From Gammaproteobacteria bacterium (GTDB taxonomy: Bacteria > Pseudomonadota > Gammaproteobacteria > Pseudomonadales > Azotimanducaceae): a stretch of DNA of 64,000 nucleotides. The stretch covers positions 9,071 through 73,070 of the forward strand of contig JBELHZ010000006.1 in assembly GCA_042091155.1 (NCBI GenBank), written 5' to 3'. The notes beneath the pieces were generated by a model that saw nothing but the letters and a program-made list of their open reading frames with translations, was not told where the DNA came from and did no database searches. Positions 43,047 through 51,024 of this stretch are shown here, one piece after another. Positions within the stretch are counted from its first letter, which is position 1. Each line of letters begins with the position of its first letter. Position numbers and translations under genes: made by a program.

Positions 43047-44537
43047 TTAACCTAAGGTTTTACCGGACTTTTCAGCGTGATCGGCAATAATACCGGCGCT
43101 CTGCTCTTCGATAATATGCACCAGTCCACGGGACCGGGAGCTCACTACCGCGTGCAGTAGCGTGGTTGGAATCGCCACACACAGACCCAATACCGTCGTC
43201 ATAAGCGCTTTAGAAATACCGCTGGCCATCGTTTTCGGATCACCGGTACCAAACAGCGTAATCGCCTGGAAGGTTTCGATCATACCGATCACCGTACCCA
43301 ATAGGCCGGTGAGCGGAGCAACCACCGAGATCACCTGAACCAGATTGATGTACTTCGTCAGCGCGGGTGTCTCCGTCAGAATCGCTTCTCCCAACTTGAG
43401 CTCAAGCGTTTCAACGTCGACATCTTTGTTCTCTTCATACACTTTGAGGACACGACCCAGTGGGTTGTCGTCTTGCGCGACGGGATCTTTACGCTGAGCG
43501 GCAACCTTAGTGCCAATCATGAACAACGTAATGAACCGTTCCAGTGCCAAAAGCACACCTAGGATACCGCCCAAAATGATCACTGAACCTACTTCACCAC
43601 CCTGACCGTCGCAGAAAGGCATGCCACACTCGCCGATGGCGGCGAACGGCGAACCGATACGCTCACCCAAGGTTGCGGCTTGGATCAAGAGCGCCAGCAA
43701 GGAACCACGAGTGGGGTCTACAGAGAACTCAACCACTTCGCCTGGGGCCGCTGCCTGAAGGTCTTCTGCGGTAGAAACGTGACGTCCCGTTGGCTGTCGT
43801 GCCAATTCTGAAATCGACTGGCTATCTGCATCCCACTGGAGGTATTGGCCTTCACCAATCAAGGCAAAGGAGCCGACGCGAACGATCTCAGTATTCACTT
43901 TGTCGCCTGAAAGCTTCGTAATCGTACCCGGGTACTTCGAAATCTTTCCGGACTCGGTCATCTCGCGCTGGAGCTCGAACCACAGGCTTTCCATCTCATC
44001 AATGGTTGCCAACTGGCTAGAGGTACCCATCTTCTTGGCCAGTTCACCCAACCAGTCTCCACGGTTAGCGTACTGACTGGAAATGATAGAGCCTTCAAAA
44101 CCGCCTCGGGTATCACCAGCAACCTGCTGCAATACGCCGAACAATTCACGCAAGCTACCCAAACGCTTGTCCAGCTGTTCGGTCAGGTCGCCAATACGAA
44201 TTTCGTTTTCTTCGAATTGGGTCTCCAGCCGATCGGAACGACGCTGCTCGCGCAGACGTTCCGCTTCAGCTTCTTTTAACAGACGCGCTTGTTCTGCTTT
44301 CTCGTTGGCAAAGCGACGTTCGCGGGCGGTGTTCTCGCGAGATTCCACAACGCGTCGTTCTTTTACGTTCTCTAGCAGTTCGTCCAGAGAGCTGGCTTCG
44401 TTTACCACCAGGTCGGTGGCAGGCGCTGCGCCCTCTTCCGCCATGGCTACCGGAGCAAACACCGTCGCGCCTAGGGCCAAGGAGGCCGCGGCAAAGAGTT
44501 TCAATTTATTCAAACCAAGTGTCATGTCGTTGATCAT
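43047..44537 (-). CDS. large MotA/TolQ/ExbB-family protein with periplasmic coiled-coil N-domain (TtpC-like)
   Basis: 496 aa: signal peptide, a charged coiled coil (ERRFANEKAEQARLLKEAEAERLREQRR), then a C-terminal MotA/ExbB channel (APLTGLLGTVIGMI). Confidence 0.8.
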   Translation of the reverse strand: MINDMTLGLNKLKLFAAASLALGATVFAPVAMAEEGAAPATDLVVNEASSLDELLENVKERRVVESRENTARERRFANEKAEQARLLKEAEAERLREQRRSDRLETQFEENEIRIGDLTEQLDKRLGSLRELFGVLQQVAGDTRGGFEGSIISSQYANRGDWLGELAKKMGTSSQLATIDEMESLWFELQREMTESGKISKYPGTITKLSGDKVNTEIVRVGSFALIGEGQYLQWDADSQSISELARQPTGRHVSTAEDLQAAAPGEVVEFSVDPTRGSLLALLIQAATLGERIGSPFAAIGECGMPFCDGQGGEVGSVIILGGILGVLLALERFITLFMIGTKVAAQRKDPVAQDDNPLGRVLKVYEENKDVDVETLELKLGEAILTETPALTKYINLVQVISVVAPLTGLLGTVIGMIETFQAITLFGTGDPKTMASGISKALMTTVLGLCVAIPTTLLHAVVSSRSRGLVHIIEEQSAGIIADHAEKSGKTLG

Positions 44538-45310
44538 TGTGCTGCTCCCGCTCCAACTACCGGCAAGCTCAGCATATCGATTGATGCCTGCTGGCGAGCC
44601 ATACGAATGCCCTGTCTTACAGAAGCTTGATAAGAGTTATCAACTGCTTCGTACTGACGAGCCGTAGGGTTGTACATTCCGGTTTCTGCGCCATCGGGTG
44701 TTTGATACACCAAGGCGATTCGACCAACTTTCAAAATATCTACTTTACGTTCTACGCCGTCGATCTCGATCGTCGAAGGATAGGTTTCCATCGTTCGGCC
44801 GTATTCGTTTTCGATCTGGAAGGCACGGAACACCTGCGAAAACTTTTCAGAGACCGCAACGTCTGCGCGATCCATCATTTCACGCAACCGCTCGACGCGA
44901 GCGAGGCGCTCGTCCAGCAGGAATGGAGCATCCAGCTCTACAAACTGCTCTAGGCCGTCGATCATTCGCAGCATCAGCGGTGTAATTTGACGCTCAATAA
45001 CGGTGACTTCGTCGATAGACTCAGACAACTGCACCATCTCGCGCTCTTGATTACCGATCTGCTTCTCCAGCTGTCGGTTATAGACCTTCAGGCCTTCAAC
45101 CTCTTTGAGCACCGTTTTGTACTCATTCAGCAGCTGACGCGTCTCTTCGGTGAGATCATTGATCTTCGCCTGAGAGCGTTTTGCCTGAACGTTCATTTGC
45201 TCGGCGGCTTGAAAGACGTCTGTCAACGTCGCCCCCAACGCAGACGATCCGGTAAATACAGCCGCGCTGGTTAACAGCGTTAGCGACAGCTTTTGCATGT
45301 GTTTTTTCAT
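44534..45310 (-). CDS. DUF3450-family periplasmic coiled-coil protein (TtpB-like)
   Basis: 258 aa with a signal peptide and coiled coils. It is the first gene of the cluster and overlaps the next gene by 4 nt. Confidence 0.7.
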   Translation of the reverse strand: MKKHMQKLSLTLLTSAAVFTGSSALGATLTDVFQAAEQMNVQAKRSQAKINDLTEETRQLLNEYKTVLKEVEGLKVYNRQLEKQIGNQEREMVQLSESIDEVTVIERQITPLMLRMIDGLEQFVELDAPFLLDERLARVERLREMMDRADVAVSEKFSQVFRAFQIENEYGRTMETYPSTIEIDGVERKVDILKVGRIALVYQTPDGAETGMYNPTARQYEAVDNSYQASVRQGIRMARQQASIDMLSLPVVGAGAAQ

Positions 45311-45659
45311 TAGTACTTCCTACTGGAAAATCCCTGGTTTCTGTATGGCTCGAAATTCACTGAGGTGCCGCACAGGGCGACCCCTTCACATTAGGTTCTA
45401 AAGCCAGCTTTTATCTGCCGTAGCAAAAATTCAGATGTTGCCTACTCAAGACCCGTCCAAAACAATGTTCCTTCGATGTTCATCGTCTTCGACCGCTCTC
45501 AGCCCGAAAGCTTTGGCAATAGCGGCCTCCCCGCTAAGTCCGGCACGAAGGATCAACAAACACCAAGTTTTTGTCAATACTCGACAAGGCCAAGATCGTC
45601 AGAACGGGTTTTTATTTGGCTGGATTTGCCTGATTGCCCGATTGTGGTGCCACATCGGG

Positions 45660-46331
45660 CTAAAGATGCTCTTCAAAGTGCGCCAACGTGCGGCTCAGGG
45701 CCAATGCGGCGGCGGCCTCGTTATAACTGGCTCGGTGATCACAGTTGAATCCGTGGTCGGCAGCGTAGACATTGACAGGCAGATCTGGATGCGCCGCCTG
45801 AATTTTTTCCACATCAGACATTGGAATGTGGGCATCCAATTCACCGAAGTGCATGATTAACGGACACTGGGGGCTTTGATCCAGCATCCCCGCAATACCA
45901 CCACCGTAATAACTGGATGCGGCGGTTACGCCTTTTATGTTGCAGGCGCTCAAATAGGTCAGCAAGCCGCCAAAACAGTACCCGACCACACCCACGGAAC
46001 CCTGTTCGCCCGCGTAGTCCACCACACTTTGCAAATCTGCCAGCGTCTGTGGCATTTGCAGCTTTTCAAATGCAAGACCAATACCCGTGCCCATATCGGC
46101 TTCGGTATAGCCCAGCTGAATATCCGAGTCGATACGATCAAATAATGCTGGCGCGATAACCGTGTAGCCTTTCGCCGCGTATCCGTCCGCCACCTCGCGT
46201 ATGTGCGCATTGACGCCGAATATCTCTTGAATGACGACGACAGCACCCTTGCTTTCGCCGCTCGTTGGACTGGAGGTGTACGCGCCCAAGCCAAAGCCAT
46301 CAGACATGGCAATTGTGATCATCTGTCCCAT
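45660..46331 (-). CDS. dienelactone hydrolase family protein
   Basis: GAVVVIQEIFGVNAHIREVAD and the nucleophile elbow VVGYCFGG. Start trimmed to MGQMITIAMSDG; MITIAMSDG (46322) is also possible. Confidence 0.8.
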   Translation of the reverse strand: MGQMITIAMSDGFGLGAYTSSPTSGESKGAVVVIQEIFGVNAHIREVADGYAAKGYTVIAPALFDRIDSDIQLGYTEADMGTGIGLAFEKLQMPQTLADLQSVVDYAGEQGSVGVVGYCFGGLLTYLSACNIKGVTAASSYYGGGIAGMLDQSPQCPLIMHFGELDAHIPMSDVEKIQAAHPDLPVNVYAADHGFNCDHRASYNEAAAALALSRTLAHFEEHL

Positions 46332-46449
46332 CGTTTTACTCCTCAAAAGCGTCATCTTACCGACGCCGCGGGCCTCAGACCACTCGAGGGCATGAAGAGC
46401 ACGGAATCGAGTCGCCGGTTGTTCGTCATCGCAAACCCTCGAGACAATA

Positions 46450-46467
46450 AAGTCATGCAATCGTCAC
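46450..46467 (+). promoter_or_regulatory. candidate Pho box upstream of phoB
   Basis: AAGTCAT-GCAA-TCGTCAC fits two 7-bp direct repeats of the CTGTCAT type separated by 4 bp. It lies ~65-80 nt upstream of the phoB ATG, with a -10-like TAGTCT downstream. Imperfect match. Confidence 0.35.
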
Positions 46468-46532
46468 AATGCGATAGTCTACTCATTTACTTATATCACC
46501 TACTTGTGCGCTGAGTTGAGGAATACCTACCG

Positions 46533-47219
46533 ATGGCTACTACCGTCCTAATTGTTGAAGACGAACCGGAAATTCGTGAACTGCTGAATTTTTCCCTAAC
46601 TCGGGCAGGCTTTAATGTTACGGAAGCCGAAACTGGCGAAGTGGCACTGCAGCGCCTGGACTCCAATCTGCCGGATATCCTAATCGTAGACTGGATGCTT
46701 CCGGGGATGAGCGGTGTGGAGTTGGCCAAACGCCTCAGACGGGACGAACTGACCAGCGCCCTCCCCTTACTGATGCTAACCGCGAGAAACGAAGAGTCGG
46801 ACATCCTGAAGAGCTTCGAATCCGGCATCGACGACTACATGAGCAAACCGTTCTCGCCAAAGGAACTGGTCGCAAGGATCAAGGCACTGTTGCGTCGTTC
46901 AGGCGCACCGGAAGACGACTTGATAGAAGCGTCAGGCATTCGTATTGATTTGGTCAGTCACCGCGTCACGATCAAAGGCGTAGACATCAACATTGGCCCC
47001 ACCGAATATCGACTGCTGGAGCTCTTGATGCGAAACCCCGACCGCGTATTTGAACGCGATCAGTTACTGGATCGTGTCTGGGGACGAAGTAGCTACATCG
47101 AAACACGAACCGTTGATGTCCACGTGCTGCGCTTGCGTAAAGTCCTCAAGCCCTTTGGCTTAGACGGGACCGTCCAGACTGTGCGCAGCGTAGGCTACCG
47201 TTTCACACCGATTCAGTAA
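46533..47219 (+). CDS. phoB: phosphate regulon response regulator PhoB
   Basis: Very close to remembered E. coli PhoB (LIVEDE, DWMLPG, MLTAR, KPFSPKELVARIKALLRR, RTVDVHVLRLRK, VQTVRSVGYRF). 228 aa. Confidence 0.85.
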   Translation: MATTVLIVEDEPEIRELLNFSLTRAGFNVTEAETGEVALQRLDSNLPDILIVDWMLPGMSGVELAKRLRRDELTSALPLLMLTARNEESDILKSFESGIDDYMSKPFSPKELVARIKALLRRSGAPEDDLIEASGIRIDLVSHRVTIKGVDINIGPTEYRLLELLMRNPDRVFERDQLLDRVWGRSSYIETRTVDVHVLRLRKVLKPFGLDGTVQTVRSVGYRFTPIQ

Positions 47220-47346
47220 TCCAGCGACGCTCGGCTAACGAAATGCCCGCTCGGCATGTCTTCTGGCGGCCTTGCGTAATAGACTCCTGTTGCAGCACTT
47301 CGACACCCAAGGCGAAGCATGCCCACCTGACTTTAAGGAGACTACT

Positions 47347-48009
47347 TTGTCTAACGACACACCAAACCAAGCGTCTGCCATCCTTTGGGATTTTGGCGGT
47401 GTATTTACCAGCAGCCCTTTTGAAGCATTCAATGTGCTGGAAGCGCGCCTCGGCGTCCCCGCAGACTTTATCCGACAAACTAATGCCATTAATCCCGAGA
47501 GCAATGCATGGGCGCAATTCGAATCCAACAGCGTCTCCTTGGACGAATTCGACGGCTTGTTCGCTGACGAAAGTGAAGCACGCGGCCACCGGATCCCGGG
47601 CAAAGAAGTGATCGCCATGCTATCCGGTACGCTTCGACCACGCATGGTAGACGTACTAAGAGAGTGCAAAAAGCATTATCACGTTGCCTGCATCACCAAC
47701 AATGTCAAAGCGGGAGAAGGTCCCGGCATGGCCCGAGAGAAAAACAAAGCCAACGCGGTAGCTGAGGTTATGGCGCTGTTTGATCTTGTGGTTGAATCCA
47801 GCGTCGAAGGTGTCCGTAAACCCAATCCTGAGATCTACACTCGAACCTGCGAACGACTGGGCGTTGCCTGTTCTGAGGCAATCTTTCTCGACGATCTGGG
47901 CATCAATCTGAAACCCGCGAAAGCCTTGGGCATGCAGACCATTAAGGTGGTCAGTGAAGCGCAGGCCATCGACGACCTCGCCGGCATTACCGGCCTGACC
48001 TTTCCTTAA
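47347..48009 (+). CDS. HAD-superfamily hydrolase (epoxide-hydrolase N-terminal phosphatase-like subfamily)
   Basis: Motif I variant ILWDFGGVF, and FLDDLGINLKPA near the C-terminus. Start set to an in-frame TTG at 47347, preceded by a perfect SD AAGGAG (47335-47340). The track start at 47272 is also TTG but has no SD. Confidence 0.75.
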   Translation: MSNDTPNQASAILWDFGGVFTSSPFEAFNVLEARLGVPADFIRQTNAINPESNAWAQFESNSVSLDEFDGLFADESEARGHRIPGKEVIAMLSGTLRPRMVDVLRECKKHYHVACITNNVKAGEGPGMAREKNKANAVAEVMALFDLVVESSVEGVRKPNPEIYTRTCERLGVACSEAIFLDDLGINLKPAKALGMQTIKVVSEAQAIDDLAGITGLTFP

Positions 48010-48032
48010 GTCCCGCAACACGATGCGGGTAC

Positions 48033-48061
48033 AAAAAAGCCCAGCTTGACTGGGCTTTTTT
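48033..48061. terminator. bidirectional rho-independent terminator
   Basis: AAAAAA-AGCCCAG-CTTGA-CTGGGCT-TTTTT between convergent stops at 48009 (+) and 48084 (-). Confidence 0.8.
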
Positions 48062-48083
48062 CATTCACACACCCGTTTTCACC

Positions 48084-48563
48084 CTACGCCGGATGCGACA
48101 TCTCCGCAGCAGCGTCTTGCACCGCGCGAATGATTTTATCGTAGCCCGTACACCGGCATAGGTTTCCCGCCAGCCAGTACCGTATGGTTTCTTCATCGGG
48201 ATTCGGATTTTTCGCCAGCAGTGCCTTAGCCGCGACAATAAAGCCTGGGGTACAGATACCGCATTGCAGCGCGGCATTTTCCAAGAACTGGCGCTGCAAT
48301 GGGTGCAGTCCGTCCTCACCGGCAATACCTTCAATGGTCTCCACGCTTTTACCGGAAGCTTCGACGCCTAACATGAGACATGAGCAGACCAAGCGGTCAT
48401 CGACCAACACGGAACAGGCACCGCAGTCCCCGGTGCCGCAACCTTCCTTGGTGCCGGTCAACCCTAATTCATCGCGCAACACGTCCAACATTGATTGATC
48501 CGCGTCGCACAGGAACTCTCGAGGCTCCCCATTGATTACCGTTTCAACTTGTAGTCTCGCCAC
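48084..48563 (-). CDS. [2Fe-2S]-binding small subunit of a xanthine-dehydrogenase/CO-dehydrogenase-family enzyme (CoxS-like)
   Basis: 159 aa with CGTGDCGACSV, CSC and CGICTPG...CRCTGY cluster motifs. Confidence 0.9.
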   Translation of the reverse strand: MARLQVETVINGEPREFLCDADQSMLDVLRDELGLTGTKEGCGTGDCGACSVLVDDRLVCSCLMLGVEASGKSVETIEGIAGEDGLHPLQRQFLENAALQCGICTPGFIVAAKALLAKNPNPDEETIRYWLAGNLCRCTGYDKIIRAVQDAAAEMSHPA

Positions 48564-48565
48564 CC

Positions 48566-49441
48566 TTACGCTCCTTCAATTCGTTGGTGCGCCAAAGTAA
48601 CGGCGCGACGACACAACACGGCTACCACTTTTTTGCGATATTCGGCGGTGCCTCTTTTGTCACTGATTGGGGATGCGGCAGCCTTGCACGCTTCGCCTGC
48701 CTGATGCAGCGCATCATCGTTCAAGTCTGTGCCCACGAGGGCTTGTGCGGCCTCAGGCACCAGCATGGCCGTTGGCGCAACAGCGCCAATAGCGACCCGA
48801 GCGTTGGTGCACTGTCCACCGGTTACGGTAAGTGAAACACCGACGCCGGCCACGGCGATATCCATTTCTGTGCGCGGGGTGAAGCGCAAGTAGGCATCCT
48901 TGGTTACAGCGTCGGGCATAGCCAATTTCAGTCCGAGCAAGAATTCTCCCGGCGCTAACGCATTCCTACCTACCCCGACAACAAAGTCCTCTACCGCTAC
49001 TTCGCGACTGCCCGTCGCCGTTGCAATCTCGCAGATCGCGCCAGCCGCGATCATGGCAGGAATGCTGTCCCCTGCTGGAGAGGCATTGCACAGATTGCCA
49101 CAAATGGTCGCCCGGCCTTGAATCTGTGTCGAACCGATGAGATCAGCAGCCTCCAATAGACCCGGCAGAGCCGTTTGTAGCAATGGATGTTCGTTAATCA
49201 CCGCGCTGGGCACAGCCGCGCCAATGTAAATACCATCGGCACTGACATCCAAGCGATTGGTTTCCGACAGGGTCTTAATATCGATAATGGTTCGCGGGGT
49301 GTGTCCCGTCCCACGCATTTGCACCAGCACATCGGTGCCTCCGGCCAAAATTTGCGTCTGCCGCCCCTCACTGGCGTTCTGCACCAGCAAAGCAACCGTC
49401 TCTGACACACTGCTCGGGGCAGCGTATGCGTAACTCTCCAT
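48566..49441 (-). CDS. FAD-binding medium subunit of a xanthine-dehydrogenase/CO-dehydrogenase-family enzyme (CoxM-like)
   Basis: 291 aa with ILAGGTDVLVQMR (FAD-binding PCMH domain) and a C-terminal CO-dehydrogenase flavoprotein domain (DKRGTAEYRKKV). Confidence 0.85.
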   Translation of the reverse strand: MESYAYAAPSSVSETVALLVQNASEGRQTQILAGGTDVLVQMRGTGHTPRTIIDIKTLSETNRLDVSADGIYIGAAVPSAVINEHPLLQTALPGLLEAADLIGSTQIQGRATICGNLCNASPAGDSIPAMIAAGAICEIATATGSREVAVEDFVVGVGRNALAPGEFLLGLKLAMPDAVTKDAYLRFTPRTEMDIAVAGVGVSLTVTGGQCTNARVAIGAVAPTAMLVPEAAQALVGTDLNDDALHQAGEACKAAASPISDKRGTAEYRKKVVAVLCRRAVTLAHQRIEGA

Positions 49442-49613
49442 AAATCCCTCGTTTGCTCGCGATCGTCGAGCTGGAAGTTAACACGTCACTGACACCTAAT
49501 AAATCTTAGGTGTATGACTTGTCTCGCTTTCGATACAGCGGAATACGCTAGCGACCAGCAGGCCACGGCACTAGACTGTCTTGCCTCCCTTGCCGCCTTG
49601 TGGAAACAACCTT

Positions 49614-50978
49614 ATGACAGACACAGATCAACCCACGTTGCTACACGCGCACTATGCGACCTTGCGAACATTTTGGGAGAGCGTCCTCGAGCGCACAGGA
49701 TTCAGCGCCATTATCCTCAGCGCGGGAAGCCAGCAATACCACTTTCACGACGATCAGGGCCCGGCTTTTCGACCCAATCCTTTAATGGTTCAGTGGCTCG
49801 CCAAGCAACATATTGGCGAGAACGCTTGGCTGCTCGTTTGTCCGGGAGCCGCCCCAACACTGTTCTTTCATCAGCCCGATGATTTTTGGCATGCGGCGAC
49901 CCCAGCGCCCTTGCATCTATCCGCACATATGGACATTCAGGTTTTTTCGGATCTTGACGGATTGCAACGCAGTCTACTGCAAGGCATATCCAAACACTCA
50001 GGGAACGAGCACACAATCGCTCAAATCAGCGAGCGCGACGCTGCCGTAACAGATCGTTGTGTCCTGAACCCCCCGAACGTTATCCACGCACTGCATTTCC
50101 AACGGGCCTGCAAAACCGAGTACGAACTCACGCTGATGAGACACGCATCGGAACGGGGTGCGAAGGGCCACAGGGCGGCGGAAGCAGCCTTCGCCAGGGG
50201 GGCCAGCGAATTCGGCGTTCACTTGGCCTTCCTCGAAGCCAGCAGCATGAATGAATGGCAGCTGCCCTACGGCAACATTGTGGCCCAGAATGAGCACGCC
50301 AGCCTGCTGCACTACCAATACCAAGACCGTGAACCCGCCGCTCAATTGAACAGCTTGCTCATCGATGCAGGGGCTAACGTTGACGGGTACGCTAGCGATA
50401 TCACTCGCACCTATGTCGGACCCACCTGTTATTCCTCGGAAGCCGCCAGTCTCTTTGAGGGCCTGCTCGCGCGTATGCAGGATCATCAAGACGACCTGAT
50501 TAGCCAAGTCACGCCCGGGGCAAACTACGTTGAGCTGCAAGCGGCCATGCACCGGTCTCTCGCCAACATTCTGGTCGACACCAAACTCTTGGAATGCAGT
50601 GCCGACGAAGCATTTGCCAATGAACTGACCGTGCCCTTTTGCCCGCATGGCCTCGGTCACCTACTGGGCATTCAAGTCCACGACGTGGGAGGCCAACAGC
50701 TTGATATCGAGGGGCATGTGGCGCCTCCACCAGCGCCCTACGCTTCGCTGCGACTGACTCGACCGTTGACCGAAAACATGGTCATTACCGTGGAACCCGG
50801 GCTCTATTTTATTTCCATGTTGCTCAAAGAAAAACGTGCGACAAACCAACCAATCAATTGGGCACTTGTGGACCTGCTAACACCCTTTGGCGGCATCCGA
50901 ATTGAGGACAACGTTCGCATACTGCCCGCCGGTGCTGGCGTTGAGAACCTCACGCGAGATGCCTTCAGCAGAGTTTGA
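49614..50978 (+). CDS. pepQ: Xaa-Pro dipeptidase (M24B)
   Basis: Metal ligands lie in LIDAGANVDGYASDITRT, HGLGHLLGIQVHD, VITVEPG and IRIEDNV. 454 aa from MTDTDQPTLL. Confidence 0.85.
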   Translation: MTDTDQPTLLHAHYATLRTFWESVLERTGFSAIILSAGSQQYHFHDDQGPAFRPNPLMVQWLAKQHIGENAWLLVCPGAAPTLFFHQPDDFWHAATPAPLHLSAHMDIQVFSDLDGLQRSLLQGISKHSGNEHTIAQISERDAAVTDRCVLNPPNVIHALHFQRACKTEYELTLMRHASERGAKGHRAAEAAFARGASEFGVHLAFLEASSMNEWQLPYGNIVAQNEHASLLHYQYQDREPAAQLNSLLIDAGANVDGYASDITRTYVGPTCYSSEAASLFEGLLARMQDHQDDLISQVTPGANYVELQAAMHRSLANILVDTKLLECSADEAFANELTVPFCPHGLGHLLGIQVHDVGGQQLDIEGHVAPPPAPYASLRLTRPLTENMVITVEPGLYFISMLLKEKRATNQPINWALVDLLTPFGGIRIEDNVRILPAGAGVENLTRDAFSRV

Positions 50979-51024
50979 GAATCGCGGGCCTGCGCTTCGA
51001 CCAGATCAACCAACAGGAAACACC

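Noticed and set aside
45311-45659. Fur box or small gene in the 349-nt region upstream of the TonB2-type cluster
   Set aside because: I found no GATAATGATAATCATTATC-like sequence by eye. The only structure noticed is a hairpin (CCCGATTGTGG/CCACATCGGG) right after the dienelactone-hydrolase stop, most simply explained as its terminator. The + strand ORFs here run into the hydrolase gene antisense.
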